DNA of 64,000 bases from an uncultured Pseudomonadota bacterium (GTDB taxonomy: Bacteria > Myxococcota_A > UBA796 > SXON01). The stretch covers positions 95,125 to 159,124 of the forward strand of contig CAIUMM010000075.1 of NCBI GenBank assembly GCA_903900265.1, read 5' to 3'. The notes under the pieces are model-generated. The model worked only from the letters and a program-made list of their open reading frames with translations, was not told the DNA's origin and made no database searches. This document shows positions 17,614-28,767 of the stretch, piece by piece (positions within the stretch are counted from its first letter, which is position 1; each line of letters opens with the position of its first letter). The translations under genes and the position numbers were made by a program.

Positions 17614-18969
17614 GTGTTGCTCTCCATCGCTCTTCTTCGCATCCTGTCCCTCGTGGCGGGCGCTTCGGCTGCCCCGGTCAGCGTGACCGGCGGCGCTGCG
17701 GTGGGGCTTGTTTCTACGCCGGAAACCAATCCTTTGGGAGATGGCCCTACCGAGGTGATCCGCCTCGGCGTGCGCTTGGTGGACTACTTTGACATCGAAG
17801 GCGAGGTCGGGCGCGTCGAAGGCAAGACCCGCGACCTTCGCGTGGTCTACCACCTCTACAACCCGCGCGGCAGCGTGCTGTTTCACGTCACGCCCAACGC
17901 CCGCGCCGATCTGTTCTTTGGCATCGGCGCGGGCATGCAGTTCGTCAAGGTGGAGCGGGAATCCCAAGGCGCGCAGCCCGACGGCAATGACCGCGCGCTG
18001 TACGTCAACCCTTCCTCGGACTTCGTCATGGACGCCGGGCCGGGGCTCATCCTGCACGCGGTCGGGCCTTTTCACCTGCGAACGGACCTGCGCTGGTACG
18101 GCACCTTCGGACCCGACAGCCAGTTTGCCCAGAGCGACTCCTTTCAGAACCTCGAATGGACGCTCGGAGTGGACTTTCGTCAGGAAGAGCGTCCGGATCG
18201 GGACGGCGACGGCATCAAGAACAAGGTCGACGACTGCCCGGATGACCCGGAGGACTTCGACAATTTTCAGGACGACGACGGCTGTCCCGAGGCCGACAAC
18301 GACGGCGACGGCATCAAAGACAAGCGGGACCAGTGCCCGGACGAAAAAGAAGACATCGACGAATGGGAGGACACCGATGGGTGTCCCGATCCCGACAACG
18401 ACGGCGACGGCATCAAGGACAAGAAGGATCGCTGCCCCGACAACGCCGAGGACATGGACGGCTTTGACGACGACGACGGCTGCCCCGACAAGGACAACGA
18501 CGACGACGGCGTCAACGACAAGCGCGACCGTTGCCCGGACGAGCCCGAGACCCTCAACGGCTTCCAGGACGGCGATGGCTGTCCGGACGAGCTGCCGCGT
18601 GAGGTCAAGAAGTTCTCGGGGGTGATCCAAGGCATCACCTTCGAGACCAACAAGGCGGTCATCCGCTCCGAGAGCTTCCCCACGCTCATCGAAGCCCTCG
18701 CGGTGTTCCTGCAATACCCCGAGCTTCAGTTCGAGATTCAGGGCCACACCGATGACGTCGGGGATGATCGCTTCAACCTCGACCTCTCGCAGCGCCGCGC
18801 CGAGGCGGTGATGATCTGGTTCTTGCAGAACGGGCTGCTCGCCGACCGCATGCGCGCCATCGGCTACGGTGAGACCATCCCAATCGCCGAAAATACCACC
18901 GACGCGGGGCGTGCCCAAAACCGGCGCGTGGAGTTCAGGCTGTTGAACGTGGCCGCCGCCGATGAGTGA
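17614..18969 (+). CDS. OmpA-family outer-membrane protein with thrombospondin type-3 Ca-binding repeats
   Basis: Signal peptide (GTG start), a beta-rich N-terminal region, about 8 DxDxDGxxDxxDxCP repeats, and a C-terminal OmpA/MotB peptidoglycan-binding domain (FETNKAVI...LSQRRAEAV...NRRVEF). Confidence 0.85.
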   Translation: MLLSIALLRILSLVAGASAAPVSVTGGAAVGLVSTPETNPLGDGPTEVIRLGVRLVDYFDIEGEVGRVEGKTRDLRVVYHLYNPRGSVLFHVTPNARADLFFGIGAGMQFVKVERESQGAQPDGNDRALYVNPSSDFVMDAGPGLILHAVGPFHLRTDLRWYGTFGPDSQFAQSDSFQNLEWTLGVDFRQEERPDRDGDGIKNKVDDCPDDPEDFDNFQDDDGCPEADNDGDGIKDKRDQCPDEKEDIDEWEDTDGCPDPDNDGDGIKDKKDRCPDNAEDMDGFDDDDGCPDKDNDDDGVNDKRDRCPDEPETLNGFQDGDGCPDELPREVKKFSGVIQGITFETNKAVIRSESFPTLIEALAVFLQYPELQFEIQGHTDDVGDDRFNLDLSQRRAEAVMIWFLQNGLLADRMRAIGYGETIPIAENTTDAGRAQNRRVEFRLLNVAAADE

Positions 18970-19918
18970 GGCGCTGACGGGCGCGCGCGTGGTGGTCACC
19001 GGTGGCCATGGGTTTTTGGGGCGGCACGTCGTCGCGCGGCTGCGCGCCAACGGCGCTGAGGTGGTCGCGCCGCGGCGGGCGGAGATCGACCTCGCCGATG
19101 TGCGCAGCGCCGCTCGGGCTATCGCAGCGCTGAAGCCTGATTTTGTTGTGCACAGCGCGGCTACGGGCGGCGGAATCGGGTTTATGCGCGCCCATCCGGG
19201 GACGGCGTGCACCGACAACCTGCTCGTGAACACGGCCGCGATCGAAGGCGCTCGTTTGGCCGGGGTGCGCCGTTATGTCGGTGTCTCCAGCGCGTGTGCG
19301 TACCCGGGCTTGGTCACCCAGCCGATGCAGGAGGCGACGATCGGCGACGGCGATCCCGAGCCGACCAACGGCGCCTATGGTCAGGCCAAGCGGCTGATGC
19401 TGGTGCAGGGCGCGGGGTACGCGCACGAATACGGGCTCGACTGTGCGTTCGCGGTGCCGACCAACCTGTATGGCCCCGGCGACGACTACGACGAGCGCAG
19501 CTCTCACGTGGTGGCAGCGCTGATCCGGCGCTTTGAAGCCGCACGAGTCGCCGGTGATCCGCGCGTCGTCGTTTGGGGGACGGGGCGCGCGACGAGGGAC
19601 CTCCTGTACGTAGAGGACGCTGCGGCCGGCGTGGTCGCGTTGCTGCAGCACGGCGCCGGGGATGCTCAGGTTCCGTGGTCTCGTGCCTTCAACCTCGGCA
19701 GTGGCCGAGAAACGACGGTGCGGGATATCGCTGAGTCCATCCGCTCCGCCGTCGGGTACACAGGCGATTTGGTCTGGGACACCGAAAAGCCGGATGGTAT
19801 GCCGCGAAAAGTGCTGGACTCCAGCCGTGTACAAGCCCGCACCGGTTGGACGGCTACGACGTCGTTATCGGAAGGTCTGAGCGCTGCGGTCGCTGCTTTT
19901 CGGGCGTTGGGCGCGTAG
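18962..19918 (+). CDS. fcl: GDP-L-fucose synthase-like NAD-dependent epimerase/reductase
   Basis: VVVTGGHGFLG Rossmann motif, YGQAK catalytic YxxxK, and ..PTNLYGPGDDYD..SHVVAALIRRF.. typical of Fcl/WcaG. Overlaps the ompA-like stop by 8 nt. Confidence 0.8.
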   Translation: MSEALTGARVVVTGGHGFLGRHVVARLRANGAEVVAPRRAEIDLADVRSAARAIAALKPDFVVHSAATGGGIGFMRAHPGTACTDNLLVNTAAIEGARLAGVRRYVGVSSACAYPGLVTQPMQEATIGDGDPEPTNGAYGQAKRLMLVQGAGYAHEYGLDCAFAVPTNLYGPGDDYDERSSHVVAALIRRFEAARVAGDPRVVVWGTGRATRDLLYVEDAAAGVVALLQHGAGDAQVPWSRAFNLGSGRETTVRDIAESIRSAVGYTGDLVWDTEKPDGMPRKVLDSSRVQARTGWTATTSLSEGLSAAVAAFRALGA

Positions 19919-19926
19919 AACAGCCC

Positions 19927-20679
19927 CTACTCGGGGATGTTCTCCCAGACCTCGTGCTCGCCGGCGACGAGCGTGCCGTCGGGGAGCAGCGTGAACCAGG
20001 CACGGAAACCCGCGTTTTTTTCCTGTCCGTAGACCAGAAAGTCCTGCCCGCCGTCCCCGTCGCGGTCGACCGGGCCGAGGGCGTACGGGACGGCGCAGAT
20101 GCGGGTGGCGTCGTCGAGCAGGTGGCTCGAGAGCACAGCGTCCGCGGCGGCGTCGACGCTGGCGAGCGCCGCCTTGCAGTTGTTGCCGCTGCGCACGTCG
20201 GCGGGCCCGCCGTAGCGCCCGGCTCCGATGTCATCCCCGGTCGCGGTCAACACCACGATCGGCGGCGCGGTGGGCTGGCGGGTCTTGATGATGCTGCGCA
20301 CGTAGACCCCGCCCGGTCGCGCGGCGTCGATGGAAGGAGTACCCGAGGTTCCCAGCACGGCTTTGACGCGGATCCCGGCGCGCTCGACCAGCGCTGCTGG
20401 CACGGTGGGCGGCTTTGCGGGCGCCGCGATGTCCTTGTCGGTGCGCCATAAGGGCCCCGCCGCGCCGACGAGCGTGGTGCCCTTCGGCCCCGGCGTGGGG
20501 GTGCGGGTGGCCATGCCGTCGCCGCCCCAGAGCGTGACGCCCTCCGTCGCGCTTCCAGCGATGATCGCGTTGGGACCGGAGCGATAGACGCCATGACGGG
20601 TCGGCGCAGGCGTGCAGCCGCAGAGCAGCAAGGTCGCGAGGGATGTCGCTGCTACGACGAGGATTCGGGGGTTCCGCAC
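19927..20679 (-). CDS. Hypothetical lipoprotein
   Basis: Lipobox LLLCGC. C-terminal DRDGDGGQDFLVYG (FG-GAP/Ca-binding-like). Starts 3 nt after the J-protein stop. Confidence 0.6.
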   Translation of the reverse strand: MRNPRILVVAATSLATLLLCGCTPAPTRHGVYRSGPNAIIAGSATEGVTLWGGDGMATRTPTPGPKGTTLVGAAGPLWRTDKDIAAPAKPPTVPAALVERAGIRVKAVLGTSGTPSIDAARPGGVYVRSIIKTRQPTAPPIVVLTATGDDIGAGRYGGPADVRSGNNCKAALASVDAAADAVLSSHLLDDATRICAVPYALGPVDRDGDGGQDFLVYGQEKNAGFRAWFTLLPDGTLVAGEHEVWENIPE

Positions 20680-20682
20680 GGT

Positions 20683-21255
20683 CTATCCGAGGCGGATGCG
20701 GTAGCTGTTGCCGGCGCCGCCGGTGTCCTTCTTCTTGGCGTCCAGCCCCGCTTGGGCTTTGACCTGCCATTCTTTGAAGGTCTCGTTGTTGGGCTCAAAG
20801 GTCAGCGCGAACTGGATCTGCATCTTGCAGCCGGTGTAGTCTTTCGCTTCCCAGCATTGTAGCGCCATTTTCCAGTATTTCTCGCCCTTGGGCGTGCGCG
20901 CGGCTTTGGACGGATCGCGCACCGACTCGGCCGAGCGACGGCTCTCGTCTTCTTCGCCGCCGCGCTCTGCGGCGCGGGTCTGGTCGTACAAGCGGCGCAA
21001 GTCGGGATCGCGCAGCACGCGGTAGGCCTCGTTGATCGACTTGAACACGTCGTTGGCTTTGCCCTTCAGCTCGGGCGTGGCGCCGGCGGCGACGCGATCG
21101 GGGTGCAAGCGGCGACTCTCGTTGCGAAAGCCGACGTCGATCTCGTCCTGCGCGCACTCGGACTTGAGCCCTAGCAGCTGGTAGTGACTCAGCTCGCCAA
21201 GGAGCTCGGAGATCACTTCGACTTCAAAGCGGGTGCGTAGCCGTGCGTCCATCAT
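20683..21255 (-). CDS. J-domain protein (DnaJ-like co-chaperone, no Zn-finger/CTD)
   Basis: J domain with HPD (HYQLLGL...RRLHPDRV...INEAYRVLRDPDLRRLYD), then a short TPR-like helical tail. ATGA overlap with the Hsp70 gene. Confidence 0.8.
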   Translation of the reverse strand: MMDARLRTRFEVEVISELLGELSHYQLLGLKSECAQDEIDVGFRNESRRLHPDRVAAGATPELKGKANDVFKSINEAYRVLRDPDLRRLYDQTRAAERGGEEDESRRSAESVRDPSKAARTPKGEKYWKMALQCWEAKDYTGCKMQIQFALTFEPNNETFKEWQVKAQAGLDAKKKDTGGAGNSYRIRLG

Positions 21256-22844
21256 CTACCTCGGGTTTGCTCGGGGTTGTTTTGTACCACGTCCCCGGAC
21301 GTAAACTGCGCCTTGCGGACTTCTTCTGGGGTCATGCCGCCCCGCGCTTCAATGCGAATGGCGGCCTCTTTGCCGAGCTTGTCATCGACGGCGCGCACCT
21401 GAACGATGCCATCGCTGTCGATGGTGAACGTGACGCGGACGCGCACCTGACCGCGCGCCATCGGCGGCACGGCGAGCACAAACTGCCCGAGCAGCTCGTT
21501 CATGTCCGCGGTGCGGCCTTCGCCCTGGAACACGGCGATGCGCACCTCGGTTTGCTGGTCGACGGCGGTGTTGAACACCTTGGAGGCTTCCGTCGGGATC
21601 GGCGTGTTCGCGGGGATCAGCACGTCGCAGTGGCCGCCCATCGTGCGGATCGAAAGCGAGTGCGAGGTGACGTCGAGGAGTACGCTGGCCGGCATCGAGT
21701 CGTCCATCGAGGTCAGCATGTGCGCCTGAATGGCGGCACCGACCGCGACGGCCTCGTCCGGGTTGACCGAGGTGTCGGGCATGCGGCCGAACAGGTGCTG
21801 CGCGGCCTCGCGCACCAGCGGGTAGCGGGTCATGCCGCCGACGAGCAGCACCGCGTCGATGTGGCGCGTGTTCATCTTGGCGGTCTTCAGCGTCTCTTCG
21901 CAGATGCCGAGCGTGCGTTGCACCAGCGGCAACACCCAGCGGGCGTAGGTGTGGCGGTCGAGCTGGTAGGAGAACGAGTAGTCCTGCCCCTGTGCGTTCC
22001 TCCACACTCCGGGCAGGTCGATCATCACCTCTTCCGACTTCGACAGCGCGATCTTGGCCATCTCCGCGGCTTCGCGCATGCGCATCCGCACCGTGCGGTT
22101 TTCGGTGAAGTTCTGCTTTACCTGCGCTTCGAAGATGCGCAGCAGCTCATCGGCCGCGAGGTGATCAAAGTCGTCACCGCCGAGCAGCGTGTCCCCCGCG
22201 GTCGCGATGACCTCGTAGAGATCGCCGTCCACGCGCAGGATGGACACGTCAAAAGTACCGCCGCCAAGGTCGAAGACGACGATGCGCTTCTTCTGAGCGT
22301 TGTTGTAGCCGTACGCCAGCGCCGCGGCGGTGGGCTCGTTCAACACGCGCAGGCACTCAAGGCCGGCGATCTGCGCGGCGTCGCGCGTGGCTTGGCGTTG
22401 GGCGTCGTTGAAGTACGCGGGCACGGTGATGACCGCCTTGTCCACGACCTCGCCAAGCTGGGCTTCGGCGATGCGCTTCATGTGCGCGAGCACGTGCGCG
22501 GAGATCTCTTCGGGGGCGTAGCCTTTGCCGTGGACGCGGAAGCGGGCGTCGCCTTCATCGCCGCGGTACACGCCGAAGGCGCTGCGGGACTTCATCCGCT
22601 GGACTTCGGCGTCTTCAAAGCGGCGTCCGATCAGCCGCTTGGCAGACATGACCGTGCCTTCCGGCGAGTGCAACAGCTGCTTTTTGGCGCGGGAGCCGAC
22701 CACCACGCTGCGGGAGCCGAACGCGACCACCGAGGGCTGGGTGTTGCGACCTTCGCTGTCCAAGCAGACGATCACCTGCCCGTCGCGTACGCACGCGATG
22801 CAGGAGTTCGAAGTTCCGAGATCGATCCCGACGGCGAGGCCCAT
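21252..22844 (-). CDS. Hsp70-family ATPase lacking the C-terminal helical lid
   Basis: Shows GIDLGTSNSCIA, DLGGGTFDVSIL and the SBD-beta ending ..VTFTIDSDGIVQVRAVDDKLGKEAAIRIE, with only ~30 aa more. At 530 aa it is shorter than the ~610-640 aa of DnaK. Confidence 0.9.
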   Translation of the reverse strand: MGLAVGIDLGTSNSCIACVRDGQVIVCLDSEGRNTQPSVVAFGSRSVVVGSRAKKQLLHSPEGTVMSAKRLIGRRFEDAEVQRMKSRSAFGVYRGDEGDARFRVHGKGYAPEEISAHVLAHMKRIAEAQLGEVVDKAVITVPAYFNDAQRQATRDAAQIAGLECLRVLNEPTAAALAYGYNNAQKKRIVVFDLGGGTFDVSILRVDGDLYEVIATAGDTLLGGDDFDHLAADELLRIFEAQVKQNFTENRTVRMRMREAAEMAKIALSKSEEVMIDLPGVWRNAQGQDYSFSYQLDRHTYARWVLPLVQRTLGICEETLKTAKMNTRHIDAVLLVGGMTRYPLVREAAQHLFGRMPDTSVNPDEAVAVGAAIQAHMLTSMDDSMPASVLLDVTSHSLSIRTMGGHCDVLIPANTPIPTEASKVFNTAVDQQTEVRIAVFQGEGRTADMNELLGQFVLAVPPMARGQVRVRVTFTIDSDGIVQVRAVDDKLGKEAAIRIEARGGMTPEEVRKAQFTSGDVVQNNPEQTRGR

Positions 22845-22868
22845 GTGGCAAACCTCCAGAAGCGACGC

Positions 22869-23810
22869 CTATCCGATCGAGCCTGCTGCCGCTTGCTCCG
22901 GCGGGGCGATCCTGAACGGGATCGGCGTTCCCGTGAGCACCGCGACGACCGCCGTGCGAATCCCGTCGAGGATGTAGCGATCGAGGTCGGGGTGCCAGCC
23001 GGCGGCGTGGGGGGTGACGATGCAGCGGGGATGCACGAAACGATCGAGGTCGGGCGGCGGCTCGCTCGGGAAAACATCGAGACCGAGGCCCGCGAGCTGG
23101 CCGGTGTGCAGCGCGTCGAGCGCGGCGTCGGGATCGACGATGCGCCCGCGGGCGGTGTTGACGAGCACCGCGCCATGCTTCATCGACGCGATGCGGTCGC
23201 GGTCGAACAGGTTTCGCGTCGCCGGGGTGAGCTCGCAGTGCAGGGTGATCGCGTCCGAGTTGCGCACCAGCTCGGGTAGCGGGACGGGGTCCGCGAGCAG
23301 CGGGTCGCAGCGAAGCACGTGCGCGCCCATGGCTTCGAGCACCCCGGCCATCGCGCTGCCGATGACGCCGTGCCCGACCACACCGACGGTGCCCAACAAC
23401 GTAGGACCCCACATCGGCAGTCGGGACCGGTCCCACGTCCCTTGGGACGCGGGTGTCTGCAACGCGCCGAGGCGCCGGTTCAGCGAGAGCAGCATCCCCA
23501 GCGCCGTCTGCACCACGGCGTCACGTCGGGCGAGCGGCAAGCGGGCGCAGGGGATGCCCGCGGCATGCAGCGTGGCGACGTCGAGGTGGTCGAAGCCCGA
23601 CGTGGTGGTCAACACCAGCTTTGCCCTGCGTAGTCGGGGGATGTGGGCGCTGCGCACGGGCTGGCGGCTCGGCACGACGATCACGTCGGCGTCCTCCAAC
23701 GGCGCGTCGTCCCCTGCGTGCTCGATGACCGTGACGGACAGGTCGGTCAGCGCGCTGACGTGGCGCTCGTACTCGGCGCGCCCCCACAGCAGCACGGTGA
23801 GGGCGTTCAT
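22869..23810 (-). CDS. D-isomer-specific 2-hydroxyacid dehydrogenase family protein
   Basis: NAD motif GVVGHGVIGSAMA, then ..ITLHCELTPATRNLF..VLVNTARGRIVD..LDVFPSEPP..VTPHAAG. Trimmed to ATG 23808-23810, which forms an ATGA overlap with the upstream gene. Confidence 0.85.
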   Translation of the reverse strand: MNALTVLLWGRAEYERHVSALTDLSVTVIEHAGDDAPLEDADVIVVPSRQPVRSAHIPRLRRAKLVLTTTSGFDHLDVATLHAAGIPCARLPLARRDAVVQTALGMLLSLNRRLGALQTPASQGTWDRSRLPMWGPTLLGTVGVVGHGVIGSAMAGVLEAMGAHVLRCDPLLADPVPLPELVRNSDAITLHCELTPATRNLFDRDRIASMKHGAVLVNTARGRIVDPDAALDALHTGQLAGLGLDVFPSEPPPDLDRFVHPRCIVTPHAAGWHPDLDRYILDGIRTAVVAVLTGTPIPFRIAPPEQAAAGSIG

Positions 23811-24295
23811 GCCTGGCGCCGCAGTCGCAGCGCGACCCACACGCTCAGCACGCCCGCTGCGGTGCCCGCGGGCACGAAGAGCCACCAGTCGGAGTACCAG
23901 ATCAGCGCGCCCCACTTGAACGCATCCCAGCGGGTGTTCTGGACGTCATTCGGCCAGATCAGCAGCGAGAGGATGGTGCCAGTGGGGCCGATCAGCACGC
24001 CGGTGACGATGCCTTGCAGCCCAAGGATCAGCGCGCGGGTGCGGGACTCCACGGCGAGTCCGGGGGCGCGCCCGGCGACGCGGCTGGGCCGGCCCGGAAC
24101 GATGCGCGCGCAGAGGATCGGAGCCCACAAGACCCCGGCGAGCGCTCCGACCAGCGGCGCGCGCACGGTGTAGTAGTGTGATAGGGCTTCTTGCAAGGTA
24201 GAATGGAGATCGTAGACCGCCCACACGGTGCTGGTCACCCACGCAACGAACGCCCACAGTAGGGCGAGCAGCGTGAATTGGCGCAAGGTTGGCAT
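23807..24295 (-). CDS. Hypothetical integral membrane protein
   Basis: 162 aa with about 4 hydrophobic helices and many Trp. Translationally coupled to the dehydrogenase gene. Confidence 0.55.
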   Translation of the reverse strand: MPTLRQFTLLALLWAFVAWVTSTVWAVYDLHSTLQEALSHYYTVRAPLVGALAGVLWAPILCARIVPGRPSRVAGRAPGLAVESRTRALILGLQGIVTGVLIGPTGTILSLLIWPNDVQNTRWDAFKWGALIWYSDWWLFVPAGTAAGVLSVWVALRLRRQA

Positions 24296-24330
24296 CTACG
24301 CCACGTAGCCCGGCCGGTTATGGACTGCCG

Positions 24331-25581
24331 ATGTCGAACCCGTCCTATGGAACAAAGCCTCGCGTTGTGGTGATTGGGGCGGGCATCACTGGCGCGTTGG
24401 TCGCGTGGCGTTTGCAGCGTTCAGGCTGGCAAGTCACCGTTCTCGAGGCCGCGCACGTCGGCGCTGGGTCTTCTTCGCGCACCGCCGCGGGGATACGCCA
24501 GCAGTTCTCCACCGCCGAGACCGTGGTTGGGATGCGCTATTCGGTGGGCTTCTACCGCGAGTTTTGTAGCCTTGTAGGCGGAGAGCGCTCGCCGATTGTG
24601 CAGAATGGCTACCTGTTCTTGCACGCGCTCGAAGAGCGTTGGGGCGCGGCGCAGGCGCGCGTCGAGATGCAGCGGCACTTCGGCCTGACCGACGTGGTTG
24701 CGTTGGAGAATACCGAGCTCGTCAAACGCTTTCCGTGGGTCGATCCGCACGCGGTGCTCGGCGGCACGTTCTGTCCCAGCGACGGCTTTCTCCACCCCGA
24801 GACGGTGTACAACGAGGCCATCGCCGCGGCCCGACGGTTGGGCGCGCAGGTGCACGTGGCTTCGCCGGTGTTGGCCGCGGAGCAGCGCGGGGGCCGATGG
24901 AGCGCGGTCACGACGCCGACCGGGCGCTTCGAAGCCGACCTGTTCATCGATTGTACCAACGCGTTCGACGCCGCGTTGCAGCTCCGGCTGGGGTTGACGG
25001 CGCTGCCGATCGCGCCGCTCAAGCGCTACTTGTGGTTTGTACAGCGGTCGGGGAGCGTGTTTGCTGGGGCGAGCGGCGAGGCCGCGTTTGCCGCGATGCC
25101 GCTGGTGATCGCGCCCTCTGGCGCCTACTGTCGGCCTGAGAACACCGAGAGCTTGCTCTGTGGATGGGCGCACGACGCGCAACCCGAGCCCGACTTTACG
25201 ATGGACGATCAGGACCGCATCGAGCCGCAGTTCTTCCACAAAGGCGGCACCGACACCGCGGGCTACGAAACCTGGGCGTCCCTCGCCGAGGTCATCCCCG
25301 GCGTCGGAGAGTTCGCAGGGATCACCGCCACAACCTGCGGGTACTACGGGACCACGCCCGACCACAACCCGTTTCTCGATCGGGACCCCGCCGTCGAGAA
25401 CGTCATCCGCGCCGCCGGCTTTTCGGGGCACGGCGCGATGTTCGGGCCGTTCTCGGCGCTGGTCGTCGAAGCGATCGCCAATCAGGGCCGCCCGGACTCG
25501 ATCTCGGTGTTGGAGCAAGACATCCCGCTGAGCGCCTTCCGCATCGGACGGCAGCTGGGCCACGAGTCGATGGTGATCTGA
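24331..25581 (+). CDS. FAD-dependent oxidoreductase (DAO/sarcosine-oxidase-beta-like)
   Basis: VVVIGAGITGALVAWRL dinucleotide fold and a C-terminal ..GFSGHGAMFGP.. motif. The ATG 24331 start is preferred over the track's TTG 24289. Confidence 0.85.
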   Translation: MSNPSYGTKPRVVVIGAGITGALVAWRLQRSGWQVTVLEAAHVGAGSSSRTAAGIRQQFSTAETVVGMRYSVGFYREFCSLVGGERSPIVQNGYLFLHALEERWGAAQARVEMQRHFGLTDVVALENTELVKRFPWVDPHAVLGGTFCPSDGFLHPETVYNEAIAAARRLGAQVHVASPVLAAEQRGGRWSAVTTPTGRFEADLFIDCTNAFDAALQLRLGLTALPIAPLKRYLWFVQRSGSVFAGASGEAAFAAMPLVIAPSGAYCRPENTESLLCGWAHDAQPEPDFTMDDQDRIEPQFFHKGGTDTAGYETWASLAEVIPGVGEFAGITATTCGYYGTTPDHNPFLDRDPAVENVIRAAGFSGHGAMFGPFSALVVEAIANQGRPDSISVLEQDIPLSAFRIGRQLGHESMVI

Positions 25582-25656
25582 CACCGTTCGGGGCGGCCCT
25601 GTACGAACAGGCGAAGCCCCGCCCCCGTGTCCGAGAGCGGGGCCGTTGCAGTCGGC

Positions 25657-26103
25657 TCAGAAGGGCAGCTCAGCGCCCTCTTCCGGTGCGGCGTCCACGT
25701 CGATCGGCAGCGGCATGAGCACGCTGTCCGCCGCGGTGTCGCTGGAACCGGCGAGGTCTGCGACGTCACGACGGGTGCGGGAGTGCAGCGCGGCCACGCG
25801 GTCTACGACGATGTTGACGTCGTACTGGGTCTTGCCGTTGGCGTCCTCCCACTTGCGGGGCCGGAGCACGCAGTCCACCGCGAGCAGGTCTCCCTTGCGG
25901 GCGAAGCGCCCGAGAAACTCTGCGGTGCGGTCGAACGCGACGACGCGGTGCCAGTCTGCGCCGTCCACCCAGGCGCCGTCGACCTTGCGTGCGTTGTGGG
26001 TCGCGACGGACAAGCGGACGACCCGTTTGCCTGCTGCAGTGGACCGAACCTCGGGGTCTGTTCCGATGTGGCCGATAAGGATTACGCGATTCATTCCGTT
26101 CAT
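25657..26103 (-). CDS. ssb: Single-stranded DNA-binding protein
   Basis: MNRVILIGHIGTDPEVR OB-fold start and an acidic C-terminal tip ..EEGAELPF. Trimmed to ATG 26101-26103. Confidence 0.9.
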   Translation of the reverse strand: MNGMNRVILIGHIGTDPEVRSTAAGKRVVRLSVATHNARKVDGAWVDGADWHRVVAFDRTAEFLGRFARKGDLLAVDCVLRPRKWEDANGKTQYDVNIVVDRVAALHSRTRRDVADLAGSSDTAADSVLMPLPIDVDAAPEEGAELPF

Positions 26104-26397
26104 GGGGGATACTCGATTGCCCAACGATCTTGGGCGTTGTGTGTTGGTTTTTGCCCGGCAGAATGTCGGACGGTAGGGCCTTGTGCATCGCCCGTGCCAC
26201 CGTGAATTCAAGCACTTGGCTCTCCCCATGCTGACGCCGGTCAGCCGTCGTTGACGGTTCCCCGGCACACGTTCGGCGACAATGCCCAGCTTGTCGCTTG
26301 TTGTCGCGGCGCGGCTGTCTCCCTGACCCCACTTCGCATCCATTCTTCGCTACGAATCTTCGCTACCAAGCGGGGATCGGATTAGCTGGCGGCCCTC

Positions 26398-28713
<2,316 letters not shown>

Positions 28714-28767
28714 CCACGCGGGTCGGGCGGCGCGGATTGGGCGTCCCTCGCGGAACGGGGGAGTGCG

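Noticed and set aside
21243-23279. 678-aa plus-strand ORF opposite the Hsp70 and dehydrogenase genes
   Set aside because: Shadow ORF. It spans two unambiguous minus-strand genes and has no recognisable domains.
26203-26229. Sigma-32-like heat-shock promoter upstream of lon (TGAA-N17-CCCCAT)
   Set aside because: The -35 half is poor, the spacing is longer than the usual 13-15 nt, and it lies ~170 nt from the lon start. It is too weak to call.
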